From positions 2,914,001 to 2,978,000 of the forward strand of contig CM119383.1 in assembly GCA_051294905.1 (NCBI GenBank): DNA of 64,000 bases. Reading direction: 5' to 3'. Below are positions 45,701 to 58,953 of this stretch, in pieces. The position numbers and the translations under genes are program-made. This DNA comes from Botryllus schlosseri (Eukaryota). How positions within the stretch are numbered: the first letter of the stretch is position 1; every line of letters begins with the position of its first letter. A model generated the notes under the pieces. That model did not search any database. It saw only the letters and a program-made list of their open reading frames with translations, and was not told the DNA's origin.

Positions 45701-48700
45701 GCTAATTTCATGCGTTAATATGGTAATCTTTTAGATTTGTGTCGCTGGTTGTGCCTGATTTATCCGGATCCGTTACGAGCAGTAACAACAAGTCAGAGGC
45801 TGAAAACGAAGAAAGCATCATTCAACTTGAAAGGAATATGTTTTTGGAAAGAGCAACCAGTCTTCTGAATTTACCTTTTGCTGCTAGGTATGTAAGTTAC
45901 AGTATATATAAACAGATTAGCGTAAACTGCAATAAATGTTTGCATTCATGTTCTCTGCAAGGTTGTGACTTTTTCATGAGTATTAGTGATTGCATATCTG
46001 GCTCAAACATCAAATTTAAGGTATACTGGGGTAGTGACTCTACGAATGTGCCTGCTTCAGACCTACGATAATTTGCATTCTAGATAGATCAGTATCGCAC
46101 GTTTGAGGTATTAAAATAAAGATAATATTTGAACTATAATCTGGGAATATTGATCTATCTCATACAGCTTACGGGCGTCAAGATGAAGGATTTCTAGTTT
46201 ATTTCATGTCCAGACATGCAATGGCTATAATGTTGTACAAGTAATGCTCCGAAGTATTGGAAATGCGCCTTGAACTAGATGCCATATTTTTTGGGATATC
46301 GGCTGAAATATATCCCGGTAACCAGCAAAGGTGCAAATTATCGTCTTCGATTATGTACAGATATTATGGCTATCTCGAGGTTATTGCAGATTGGTTCCAA
46401 CTTGGAAATTAGCGCAGCAAATTTTTTCAAATTTTACTGGCTATTTGATTAAATTGTTGGGCCGCATGAAAAATCACTGCACATCGGAATTTGTCTCTTT
46501 TCCAACCAATAAGACCACGGCTATAAGAGTAAAAATTTTGAATCCGATTTGAAATCTGATTTGCAGGCGTATATTCAACGCACGCGGACAAGAAGTGTTT
46601 TCTTTGCGTAAGCTACGTCGGGGCGACATGGTCTTCGTGACTTGCGGAGAAACTTGGAGAAATCCGACCGTGACCAAATCCGAGACGCAACGGCGTCAAC
46701 TATTAACCAAGTTGGGCGCCGACGTGAAGAAAATCCATGAATATTGCGTTCTTCGTGATCCGGGAGATGTAGTGGTCACTATGGAATCGGGGGTAGTGGC
46801 GGGATCTAGGCTGGTCGTGGCTCAATGTGTGGAGATAAAGACAAAGCAAGAGGTGTGCATATTATATTTATCACATCCTCTTATATATGTTAGTGAGGGC
46901 TGTTCAAAAAAAACTTTTTTCCTGAATCTTGCTGGTTACGTGATTAAATCGTTAGGTTGCCTTAAAAAACGATGCACACCAAATTTTAATTCATTCCAAC
47001 CAATAGTCGCGGATTTCGTACACTTTGAAAACTTTGAATTTACCCAAAGATGCAAAAAAATTTTTTTGTCAAATTTTTCTGTCAACCCCATGAAATTGTT
47101 GCGCTGTCTTCAAAGATGATGCATAACAAATTTGACTCAATTCCAACCCGTAGAAGCGGAGCTATTTGAGTTTTCTTCGATAATTCGGGGATTATCCTTG
47201 ATCGGTGGATAATCCAAGAATTATCATCGAAAAACTCAAATAACTCCGTTTCTACGGGTTGGAATTGAGTCAAATTTGTTTTGCATCGTCTTTGAAGACA
47301 GCGCAACAATTTCATGGGGTTGACAGAAAAATTTGACAAAAAAATTTTTTGCATCTTTGGGTAAATTCAAAATTTTCAAACTGTACGAAATCCGCGACTA
47401 TTGGTTGGAATGAATTAAAATTTGGTGTGCGTCGTTTTTTAAGGCAACCTAACGATTTAATCACGTAGCCCGCAAGATTAAGGAAAAAGGGTTATTTTTA
47501 AACAGCCCTAATGTGCATGAATGTGGGTTTAATATATATGTTCATGAAATGAGCTATGGTTTGCACCAAATATCACAATCAATTTGTCTAGGAGGACGAC
47601 AAAGCCCCGAAAGAGGCGGAAGTTGAAAAAGAATCTCCCAGCGACGCAGGCCAAGATTGCAAGACTTGGCACGAAATGTCTCACAAGCACGCCGAGTCGG
47701 CTTTCAAGTCCCGTAAATATCCGTGGCAGGACAGAGAGCATAGTGCGGAAGCGAAGGAGCCCGAAGAGGACGCCAAACAGAAATCTCCCAGAACTCCGCG
47801 AAGCCAATCGAAGTAACTATTGTATATCATTGATACGTTTGCTGATATAGGCCTGCACTGTTCTTTGCAACTCTTTACCAGTTGCTGACGATTACCCCCG
47901 ACTTGTGCCATCTAAAAATATTCGGGTTTATTTCAATATGAATAATTGAATATACTGTTCAATTGCAGTAGAAAGAGATTGACATTCTATAATGCGATGA
48001 TAACTTTGAAATATTCTGTGCAACCACTGTTCTCCTTGATTAGTCAAATTTTGTTGCCTCTTATGCAATGTTCCCTCTAATTTTTCACGAGTCTGCACGC
48101 ACTCACCAACTCACCGCGCGGCCCTCAGACAACAGTGCGTAGTAACGACAAAAAAAAAAGGTCATCACTTCGGAGTTTTTGTGCGCAGCTTAGATTTTCT
48201 GTGCGCAGAGACCGTGTCAGCACCGCGCAATTGCGCAAGTGTGCAGCTTGGAGGGAACATTGCTCTTATGTCATGTTTGGGGATTCTACTGTTGCTATAC
48301 TCTTGAATTCTCTATTAGTTGCTGACAGTTACTTGACCTCTGACTAGTGTCAGCTAAAAATATTCGGGTTTATTTCAATATGGATATATCCAATTCCATA
48401 TTGAAGTGCCGTACCTCCCAGAGTCTTTTCCAAAGCCTAACAATATAAAATCTAACTTTATGCTATTGTCACGATTAGGAACCCCTGTTTAGCTATCTTG
48501 TTCACATTTCAGATCTCCCAGGAATCAAGTCCGAAATCCTCGCGTCCTGCAGAAATACGTTTTCAAGGACGGATTCATAAGTCCCGAGGTGGACCCGAGT
48601 CTTGTATTTGGCGTGCCTGGATTGGATCTGGAAACTTTTGCCGGGACGCTTGAAGTCCGTCTGTGCAAGAAGGACATCGACGACTTAAGTAAAACTAAAC

Positions 48701-51700
48701 CTAAACTATAACTAAAAATTTGACAAGACCACGTTGGTAATTTTTGAATCGCAGCTCAACGGTGGGATGTGAGAAAAGACGGTACGGTGGCTCCGTTGTG
48801 TGATTCGTCTTCGGGACTTACGGTTTGCCTGCCGCCATTGTCGGATGAAGAAGAACGATCTCCCAAAAGCTATTGCTTAACGCTACAGAAATTGAAGTAA
48901 TGTCAAATATTTTTCAAGATTTCCTGATGCATGCACGTAATATGATACCCTTGTGATTGTTCGTATGCCTAAAAAAACGCTGTTCACCAACTTTGGCTCA
49001 ATTCCAAATGGTAGATGTGAGCGCGCAGGAGTTTGAAAATTTTGACTTTACCGTATTATAAAAATATTTGAAAAAAATTCAAATTTTTATTGTCAACTCC
49101 ATGAAATTGTCGTGTTGTCTACAAAAACGATGCAAAACAAATTTGGCTCGATTCCAAATGGTAGATGTGAACGCACTGGAGTTTGAAATATTCGAATTTA
49201 TTATGAAAAATGTTTAATTGTTTATAGAAAGATTCAAATTTTACTGCTAGCCCCATGAAATTGTCTACAAAAACGATGCAAAACAAATTTGACGCGATTC
49301 CAACCCGTAGAAGCGAAGTTATTTTTTCATTCATAATTCTGGGATTGCCCACTATTTTTGCGAATCCAAAATTTTCAACTACAATAACTCCCCTTCTACC
49401 AGTTTGAAGTGAGCAAAAAGGGTCAAGCATCGTTCTTTTAGACAAATTGACATTTTCTAGATTTGACAATGAAATTTGAAAAAAAAAATTTAATACCTTT
49501 ATCTATCAGTCGGAAGCGAGCCAAATTTGGTGCGCAGCGTTTTTTTTAGGCAACCTAACAATTTAATCTGTGAATCCCCGGAAAACCGGGAAAAAACAGT
49601 TATTTTTGAACAACCCTAGTATACGGTTCTTTCCACTGAGAGTTAAATTGTCTTCATGTGGCGTAGAACCGGCATATCTTGTAGCATTTCTCCAATTATA
49701 TATCATTTACGATGAAATTTTCGTATTTTGTTGTAATTTTCCTTCTGATGACGAATCATTGAACAAATCTGTTACAGACCTTATTCCGTTGGATCCGCCA
49801 ATCAAAAATGGCATTTGGACGAAAAAGAGCATTTGTTGAAAGCATTTTACTCCAGCGTCGCCGATAAAGAAGTTACTTCCGCCAACCATGTACGACGTTC
49901 ACAGTATTACATAATGTTATGTTTCATCATCAAGTAGCCAGAATTTGACAACATAAATACCAGTTATTATCTAGTTGTTAACCCGAATCATTATTGTGAA
50001 AGCCTATAATCAAATTCTAATCTAATATATGAAATCTGTTTCTATGCTCTATTTTTTATTTTATTTTAATTTCTGGCTTTCTTGAAAATGCTACAGGAGA
50101 ACTGTATAGTGCGAAACCAGCCCAGATTGGTGTGAAGACATTTGTCATTCTCATGCTAATCAGAATGAGCTCTAATTTTGCATGAGCTGAGCTTGATTTT
50201 TGTTATATTTTTTCCAATTCCTAATTTATTTCAATTCAATTCAATAATTGAATAAGTTTTTGCGAGTTCAGTAATTCTAATTTAAGTTTGATAAGCTTAA
50301 AATTTTTCAATTGTGTAACTCTGCAAGTATCAGATGCATGGTATTATCGTTCATCATCAGGTATCCATTTGTACATACGCGGTTCGAGGCCCGGAGAGAT
50401 TAAACCAAGACGGCTACATTGTGGAGATGAAAGGTTCGACGCGTAGTAATCCGGTGATGGTGTGCCAGTCTTGCGCGATGGTAATGCGAGGAGGAGGATA
50501 TCCTGTGACGCACGCGCCTACAAACTGGTCCTTCGTGTGCGCGATGGGGGAAGCAAAAAAGAACGGTGAGTCTAGAGGAGAGTTTCTTAAACTTTTTGAT
50601 ATTCATACCCCTTGAGCTGTCATGAAATGTTTTTCGTAACCCCTATCCAGGATAGGATACTGATACTCATTGTCAAGACTTCAATTGCATCTCGCAGTCA
50701 CCGTTTGAGTGTTCCATAGGAATCAATCATTTCTGCAAATCACAGTTTACTCAATGCTATGCTTTTTACGAATTGCGTTCTTTATGACTTCATGAATAAG
50801 CATTTTCAATATTCAATATGCATATGCACAGATCGTGTGTATGTATATCATTGTTCGGTGTATATGCCGCAAAACATTAAGGACAAAAATATACAACGTC
50901 CTATTCCTATATCAATGTTCAATACCAGAGATCTTTAAGGTTCCACCTTTCTTCAAACTTGGGCCAAGCTGTAAGAAATTGCCTTTAACTTTTTGGGTTT
51001 ACACGCAACAACTGCTCTTTTATTTTGCAGGTTTGAAAAGACGGGGGTCATTAAAATGCTTGAACGGGAAAATCGACCTTTCAACATACGAGGCTGAGCC
51101 CACTCTAAATCATTGGGTCTCGCAACTGCAAAGACTGAAACAAGAGACCAGCATGAGATCGATAAGTCGCGAAATGAACAGCGTCGAATACACACAAGCC
51201 TGGAGGCTTCTTGTCAGGAAAAACGGAACTGGCTATCAGTCGAAAGCAGAAATGGTGGTCGGAAGTAGCGTGACAGGGGTATGAAATTATTCATTGGTGG
51301 CAGTTTTTAGACTGATGCATATTTTGGTGTTCTTATCAAATATGCATAATATGCTGTAATTGAACAGTGAGTAAAAGTAGGAAAGTGCAAACTGCAAATC
51401 AACAGTATTGATTTGCTGAAGGCCACGTCGATGGTCAATTGGTCATGTTTTATTGAATTAGCCGGTAATCTCAAATTACCAACAAGAGTTTTGTCTGACA
51501 ATCAACACCTCGAATGAGTGGGATGAAAATCAAATTCACAAGCAATTTATATTGTCGTGGTATACTTCATGAATCATTTTCTCTTTACGCCCTCTAGCAC
51601 AGTGGTTCTTAACCTGGGGGTACTTATCTAAAAGGGGGTAATTTAGCAATTTTTTTGGGGTAATTCAAATTGAAGTTTTTTATACACTCACAATGCTCCA

Positions 51701-54700
51701 CTGAAGTATTTTCAAACGCCAGTACTTTTGTATAAGATCCACCTTTTTTTCTCATAAACTTCAGTTCTTTGGAAGAGAATATGTCTGTTGTCTTTTCTGT
51801 ATCGTAGGAATTTCAAATTTTCACCTAAAATCGTCTCCGTGGAAGCAAAGTAGCTTCTGTCTATTTTACGCATTTCAAGAGAATTTTGTTAGTGATACAT
51901 AATGGCCATGGTTAACTTTGAAAGAATGTGACAAACATAACCATGGCCAAGATACGTCCGAAAAATTATGAAAATTTTACAAAAACGTAGCTTTCTATAA
52001 TTTCCAAAATAGACGAAATTTTCGGATATTTAACCTTGCACATATAGCGACCATTTTGTTGGGATTTGTGAAAAATTCGTTGGCCCAATGGACGATAGGC
52101 AGCGAAATGAAGGCGCTGAAGTAGTATTATACTGGAAGATGTGAATTTGGAAGTTCAATCTGATGCTTGAAATTGCTATGATTAATCCTAGTTCAAGTGC
52201 TCAATTTGAAGCAGTTATAATTCTAATAATGCCTGGCAAATTTCAGGTGCTAGATCAATGCTCTCAAAAATTGCATTTGGCGTCAGCGGCCCGTCGCCTG
52301 TACACGGAAGACGGCACACACATTTTGCATATGGATCAGCTGAGACAGTGGATTGCAAAAGGCGGGAAAAGAGTCGCGAAAGGAATGTCAGGTCAAAGTT
52401 CAGCACAAGAAAAGGGCGATGATGCACGAATGAATCCGGCGAATCAAGAGGATAAGCAGGGAAAGCAAACGGACGGTATGTTTTTTTTCTTTTAATGAGT
52501 TGACAGATGAACCAACAGTGCATTCTGTATTTATCATGATATAGTCAAATCAGACTGTTAATAGCACTGCTGCTCAGCCTGTTCTAATATGAATAGTCCA
52601 AATTGTGCATCCATCCTCTCTACAAACTCTATATTACATGTGACCCAACTATGACTTAAATTGTTTGTGAATCAGTTTGAGTTGGACAACCTCTTTTCAC
52701 TGTGTTTTTTTAAATAGGTTTCTATAGTTTAAAGCTACAAAACTTCAATATCACAACAAGCAATATGATCATTGATCATATTGGTAAATCTATGCCACTG
52801 AAAACTTTTCAACTGACTTGGCAACGTGACCATATAGTGTGCTGTTACACTGTTTCTTTAGAAACCATTTGAGATATACATTACAATTGGTGACACCAAG
52901 GACACCTAGAACTGTATATACAGAACGAAATATCCCTGGGTGAAACATACAACACTCCTAATTTTAGCTATCAGTGACTTTGAACTGCTGTCAAAGGACA
53001 TCTGGTATGCATTATCGCGTGAAGGTTTGCCATTCGTTAGAACTAGGGTTGACTCGAGTCGCGATTTTTTGGTAACTCGACTTGACTCGAGTCATTTTTT
53101 CAAATGCGTTTGACTTGAGACTAGGACGGCCAAGACAGACATTTCATTGTAATTTCGAAGGATAATAAAGTCACCACATTATTGGTATTTTGTCTATCAG
53201 TCCTGATACTTAGAATATAAGCTCAGGAAAATTACGACATTATGAATATTATTGAACTGATCGAACTGAAAACTGAACAGTAAACATAATGACTTGAACT
53301 AGGACTCGTGTCAAAACACTATGACTCGAACTCGACCCTCTACTAGCTGACTTTGACTCGGACTTGACTCGGTGGTGAATTGAAAATGACTCGACTTGAC
53401 TCGAGTCAAAACTATAAAAGTGGAATTGATTGTGGCTCGGAATCTTCTGACTTGGTTACAACCCTAGGTAGAACATCACCATTTATTCATGTGTAAGAGT
53501 AATCATTGATACTAAAGGCGCCGATTGAATTCCAGGGAACAACTCCACAGAAGGCACGCCCGACCACAGCACCACCGAATACGGCACGCAAGATCTCACC
53601 AGGCAGACGAAAAGCAAGAATCAGCCATCCATCTCCCAGGCTATCACGGAACACGCGATGCAGGACCATCAGCCGTTGCCCACTGTTGAATTATGGGTGT
53701 CTTGCGGGGAAAATTTTATCAGCCCAGTATTAGCTGATAAAATGATACAGGTAACACATGTATGTAACTCTTGGAGTTGTACAATATGATACCAAAATCG
53801 TAACTGTAGAACCTCGGGATCAGAGAAAACTTGATTGCAAAAATTTTTACACCAACAAAAATTGCTATATTCACCATGCAGCAATTCGTAAATTCTGTGT
53901 CGTTTAATGTAAATATCTCTGACATATTTCCTATTCTTGTCATATTTCAGGAGAGCATTGTTTCACATGCGGAACGGAATGCGTTGAATTTGGAAATGGA
54001 CACACAGCGTCACGTTATTCGGCAAATTCATGGTAGAAGAAGAGGGCATATGGACCCGGCCAAACTGGTACCGACCAAAGACGTTTGTCAGCCCGTCGTC
54101 GTCAAAGGAGGCTGGACAACGGCTACCAAAGAAGAGGTGATGATTTATTTCAATATTTACTTCTTACAAAATTTTTGTTACAAAGTTTATTTTTACAAAA
54201 TTTGCAACAAAATTTTTTTCTCAGAATTTTTTCCAGTAAATTTTTGTCGAAATTTTATGGTTCAAATCTTTTGAGAAATTTTTTTGTAAAATCAAATCAA
54301 ATTGTTGTTACTCTGTTTTCTCTGCTACAAGTGATACGAATCTCACTGCTAGAATCCATACACTGGCAGAGTCACATTAGTTCCATGCAGAGGTGGAATT
54401 ATTTCAAGTCAGAGAGAAGAACGAAACGTTTGAAAACTATTCAAGCTTGAAAAGTAGATTTTGTCGAGCATTCACATTATTTTACTAATTTATCGATTCA
54501 CTCGCATTAAAATTGATGCAAACTTGTCCCAAAGCTACTTCGAAGTATGAAGTACCATTGCTGGTTTTATGTGACATAATTCGTGCAAATTTTATTACTC
54601 TTTATTGAATAACGCATGCCCAATATTATTTGTTTTCAGGGTGAGCGTTTGGGAATGTATAACGAGATCAAGGAGACCCAACAATCCAAACGGCCGAAAT

Positions 54701-56668
54701 CGGCCACCAAATTACAAGGGAGTCTTTACAGACAGCCGCAAATGGTATGTACCTTTGATATTGTCGCACCTTTTGTGGTCTCACGTAAGACTGCATATCA
54801 AGTTAGACTCTAAGCTAATTTTTCACACCTGAGCACCTGCATACTCGGCGTTATAATGTTAGCACTTTGTCATAAGCTTCGTTACTTGAAGTTTTTTGTT
54901 CAAAATATGATCGCTTTCTGTACTTCATTCAGTAAAAAATCCCACTGTCATCAAATGACTTGATCAGGATATCTATAACTATTTTCGGATATACCTGAAG
55001 TAAATTTCCAGGCACAGGCTACAAGAATCACAGCTATAACCTTGATCATTTCATCTGTAGAAAAGAATAATCGTGAGACTAACCGACGATCAAACTCGGT
55101 CTGCGTATGCCTGGGGTGAATCGATGGACTCCCTGCTCGATGACGCGGCCGCGAAACTGGAAGTGCGCTGGATAAACCGGGTATTTTACACCAAGGATGG
55201 TCGGAAGATAAAAAATTTCGAAGACATTCATAGAAATGAGGAGCTGTACGTCAGAGCGAAGCGTAAGTTCCTGGTTTTGCATATTGTATTGTGGATCTGA
55301 ATCATCCAGGGGTGGTCAAAGTAGGTATCAATACAACTCAAGTAAAAAGTAATGCTGTAAATTGCTACTCAATTACAAGTAGAAGTAGCAATATCCAACA
55401 CAAGTGAAAACTAGTGGAAGTGGAAAATGAACTGATCAAAACACTTTTTACAACCATGCTTTGGTGATATCTTGGGCGATTTTTTTTTACCTGAAAAACG
55501 GAAGATTTTGACCTAAAACACCAAAATACTGACATTTTTTACCTTAAAAACTAAATTTTGACCAAGTTTTGCCCTCGTGTATGTAAATTAGATGTTTTCG
55601 CATATAACATTAGAATTGTACTTCTACTAATCTTTATTTCTGGTTGGAACTGCCTGTCCTACGAAGTAGTTTGACCTGAAAAAACTTTTTTGACTTGGAA
55701 ACTGACAAATGTTTACATGAAAAAACTTTATTTTAACAAAATCTGAACCTATGAAGAATTCCAGTAGTTACATCACGCATTATGATTGAAATATTAAACT
55801 TTGTTGTAGTACAACGAAAGTTACTTTCCTACATTCTCGGGTAGAAACTGTCTGTCCTTACTAAGTAGCTGGCCCAGAATGGAGAAAAAACGTTCAACAG
55901 CAGCAGTTATTGGCTGGCAACACTGAAGGTGCGCGTATACTGCTGGTGACACACCGTGTTGCGTCATTCTGACGATGTTGTCAACATCATAATTTTCGAT
56001 ACAATTCTTGATATAAGAACCAATGCCCATGCAGTCATGCTTCAGTTAGGATATTGCGGTACGTTGAGCATTACACCATGTCGACATATTTGTTTCATTT
56101 CACCATTTATGATTCACAATAAGCAGACAATGAGCCGTCTACAACTGTAGGCCTATAAAGTAGGCTACAAGCTGTAACATTCAACAGATTTGGCCCTATC
56201 TTGCAAGCACCAGTACTGATAGACGAAATACCATTGGAACATTACTGTGCTGCGGAGGTACAATGAAATGCATGACTTGGTCGAGACAAGGGTAATGACT
56301 CTAGTACTAGTCGAGTCAATACACAAAGTGACTCCTGTCGAGTCATTTTCCATATTTAAGCAAATGACTCGAGTCAAGTCGAGGCACCAAAAAATCTCGA
56401 CTCGAGCCATTACAACCCTGTGTATTCAGTTTGAATGAGAATAAAAACTCTCTCTCTCACTTTGCCAGGCCACGGCAGTACTATAAGGATGAAGACAAAT
56501 TGGGCGCGGACCAGAAAAACACTAGGTCGGGAAGCCACGGAAATCACTATTACCGGGCCTCGCAATGAGAAAAAAATCGCCTACGTGCCGCCGACCAATC
56601 AAATCGTGGACTCTGAATCATCATCATCTTCGGCAACTTCTTCATCTTCAGAATCCGATGACGAATAG
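33720..56668 (+). CDS. DCDC1: Multi-exon doublecortin-domain protein with ricin-B-like segments (DCDC1-like)
   Basis: Phase-consistent exons include 33720-33856, 33923-34049, 34121-34273, 35248-35407, 35843-36005 (EATRKLGLNMAGRRVYLENG...VFISNGEPY, DCX), 36909-37114, 37558-37651, 37716-37875 (LYVSSGEGFNP), 38362-38461, 38586-38718, plus further DCX and QxW-type exons (about 39378, 40070, 41020, 42035, 46566, 47592, 52247, 55061) and a last exon ending SSSSESDDE* at 56668. The exon set was not fully resolved. Confidence 0.78.
33921..34040 (+). repeat. Two-copy 63-bp coding tandem repeat (RPKT[A/V]SPYLQAVAPRNHST)
   Basis: AGGCCTAAAACAGCCAGCCCATACCTCCAAGC... at 33921 and AGGCCTAAAACAGTCAGCCCATACCTCCAAGC... 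at 33984. Confidence 0.9.
46895..47510. mobile_element. Long foldback MITE in a DCDC1 intron, related to 12547-13203
   Basis: Arms of about 300 bp, near-perfectly complementary around GGATTATCC-ttgatcggt-GGATAATCC; ends (G)AGGGCTGTTCAAAAA / TTTTTAAACAGCCCTA; TSD matches only partly. Confidence 0.85.
48066..48262. mobile_element. hAT-type MITE, CAATGTTCCCT family (inverted copy of 8840-9012)
   Basis: TIR CAATGTTCCCT / AGGGAACATTG; perfect TSD CTCTTATG. Confidence 0.9.
48967..49619. mobile_element. Degraded, left-truncated member of the foldback MITE family
   Basis: Shares AAAACGATGCAAAACAAATTTG, CAACCCGTAGAAGCG and the right end AGGCAACCTAACAATTTAATC...TTTTTGAACAACCCTA with 46895-47510. Confidence 0.65.
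53044..53466. mobile_element. hAT-type MITE rich in GACTCGAGTC subterminal repeats
   Basis: TAGGGTTG / CAACCCTA ends; TSD GTTAGAAC / GGTAGAAC (7 of 8); relatives at 56287-56420 and 57083-57544. Confidence 0.75.
55821..56030 (-). pseudogene. Remnant of a hAT transposase C-terminal dimerisation domain
   Basis: ORF contains CQPITAAVERFFSILGQLLSKDRQFLPENV, resembling the hATC motif S..VER.FS......R.....N; isolated fragment inside a DCDC1 intron. Confidence 0.65.
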
Positions 56669-57563
56669 TTTAATTTTTTTTGCGAAATTTATCATGCAAT
56701 CAGTTCGAATTTCTTCATCATTTGGCGGTTTATTATCATCATTGTTTCATATCATGTCTTCCGAGCTTTTGAGTTTGATACCTATCATGCGAGCAGCAAT
56801 TTGTTTGTGAAAATATTGTTGGAAGGCTAATTTCGCCGACCATCGTTACACTGTATGATTCTTCTAGCTGGATTTTGTGTGTCTTTTAACGTGTTTGTAC
56901 TTGTGCTTAGGTTAAGTTTTGTATTGCGTACTGTGATTTTCTGTTCCCCTCTCATTTAGCGAGAAGTAGCACTTAGAAATGAAAATATATTTAAAAAAAT
57001 TAACCCCTTGTGAATTGTGATGAAGCTGAATGGATCTCTGCGGGTTAGCGGTTGCGTTTTCGACGGTCTTGGCTGCAATGGGCAGGGTCGTAATGACTCG
57101 ACTTGAGTCACGATATTATGTGACTCGAGTCATTTTCATAAACACGGGAAATGACTCGACTCGGCTTGAGTCAAGTCGTGTGTTGACTCAAGTCGTACTC
57201 GAGTGATTACGCGTCACCCTACCAAGTCATATGACCCGAGTGCTCGGAAGGTCCTGACAGGTATTTCATCGTAACTTCGAACAATTCTAAAGTTAACACA
57301 TTGCTATTTAGTCTATCGGTACTGATACTTGAAAATAATCGGGCCAGAAACTGTTAAGATTGAGGAAAAGTAGTATATTATGAATGCGAGGCGTTCGATA
57401 TCACCAGCAGAGTTATGAAAAAGTGTGTTGAGCATGACTGAACCCGAAACTGAACAGTGAACTCGACTCAGTGGTATGTTAAAAATGACCCGATTCAAAA
57501 CTATGAAAGATAGATTGAACTTGTGACTTATAGTAACAACCCTGGTAATTAGAAATTGTTATC

Positions 57564-57850
57564 GACAGGATAGCGTAATGGTGAAGCGTCCGGCATCTTG
57601 GTCGTGGGTTCGATCCCCGGTCGGGTCAGGCCGAAGACCTGATTAATAACACGTACTGGTATCCATGACTTCCCTGATTGGCGCTCATGCATTACTGGGA
57701 TAGCTTGGAGAGGTGGTGCATGACTTAGAAAGTCGTAAAGGCTATATCTGTAGGCTACTTACTTGTCCAGCGGCATATGCACAGATCGTGTATCATGAGT
57801 CGGTGTATATGCCGCAAAAACTTCAAGGACAAAAATAAACTACGTCCTTT
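57564..57850 (+). mobile_element. tRNA-derived SINE
   Basis: Box A-like TAGCGTAATGG and box B GGTTCGATCCC (57607-57617) head, then a non-tRNA body; the 3' part (GCATATGCACAGATCGTG...GGTGTATATGCCGCAAAA...AAGGACAAAAATA) recurs at about 50820-50910. Confidence 0.7.
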
Positions 57851-58334
57851 TTATCATACGCTGATTCCGAATCGAATTTGTGGAACGGGTTTTATCAGGA
57901 CTGTTCCAGTTTTGAATTAGCAGAGGTTGGATGTAGATGCGGCAGTTGCGATTTTAATCGTTTCGCATTTTTAAATCATTTGGAGTTTTGCTACGTCAGT
58001 ATAGCTCGATCAAAACATTTTTCGACAGCCACAATGCGGATAAATGATTAGGAAGCAGGCCGTCCACTCCTGCACAAAATTGTGGACAGCTGATTTGTAA
58101 GGTTATATCGACAAAACTCGCAATAGGGAAGTAGCCTATTTCCGCGTTGGTCCTAATTTGGAATATTATAAATTAGATCTACCACTCTCATACGGAATTT
58201 TGGGCATGCTGATTAGCCTACTGACATATCCTTACAAGCGATATAAATATCCCCGTTTGTCTGAACTTGCGACGGTTACATTTCAACGTAGGGGCCATCA
58301 GGCATGTGTTACCTACTTTGAACCAAGTTTCAGC

Positions 58335-58374
58335 GCCCGGCTAGCTCAATCGGTGGAGCGTTGGACTCATAATC
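58335..58374 (+). pseudogene. 5' half of a tRNA-Lys-derived pseudogene (anticodon position reads CAT)
   Basis: GCCCGGCTAGCTCAATCGGTGGAGCGTTGGACTCATAATC, then homology breaks into an unrelated repeat. Confidence 0.75.
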
Positions 58375-58588
58375 TTGTTGCTTGCCTCCTCTTTACATCG
58401 CATAGGCAAGGGTGGGTGTCTGATTACATAGACTACTCCAAGTCGCTTCGACACCTTCCTATCTTTTCATTGTATCGCATTTTTGTGGTGTATTGAACTG
58501 ATAAAAATTCCTAATAAACCAATGATGATGAAGGCAAATGTAGGGCTCATCCTGGGATGTTTTGGGTAGTTTGATGATGTCGCTCGGC

Positions 58589-58661
58589 GCCCGGCTAGCT
58601 CAGTCGGTAGAGCGTTGGACTCTTAATCCAACGGTCGTGGGTTCGAGCCCCACGTTGGGCG
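58589..58661 (+). tRNA. tRNA-Lys(CTT), unit 1, consensus copy
   Basis: GCCCGGCTAGCTCAGTCGGTAGAGCGTTGGACTCTTAATCCAACGGTCGTGGGTTCGAGCCCCACGTTGGGCG folds as a full cloverleaf; TTTT follows. Confidence 0.95.
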
Positions 58662-58876
58662 GCATTTTAGCTTGATAAGCTTTCGCCTTTCCCGAGGACA
58701 TTTTGTGTCCGCCCCAATTCTTGCATTTTGGAAGCAGATCGTCCGCTCTAATCCTGAATGCATCTACAAATTATCGACATATCCTCGCTGGAGGGATTCA
58801 TTTCCATGTTTACCTGCGTTTATAATTGAATGAATTGCGGAAATCAAGCACTCTAGTCGAATGACTATACGACTCA

Positions 58877-58953
58877 TTTTGGCATAGGTTCGGTAGTTTA
58901 TATACGTTGGACTCAAAGCCCAGTCGTTGTGGGTTCGAGTCCCAAGTTGGGCG
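58877..58953 (+). pseudogene. Degenerate tRNA-like companion, unit 1 (anticodon position CAA)
   Basis: Keeps TTGGA-CT-NNN-AG, T-arm GTGGGTTCGAGTCCCA and GTTGGGCG; D-arm and 5' acceptor strand have decayed. Confidence 0.75.

Noticed and set aside
46084-46107. 24-nt AG...GT microexon candidate in DCDC1
   Set aside because: In the required phase it introduces a stop; the flanking exons (ending 45887, starting 46566) already join in frame.
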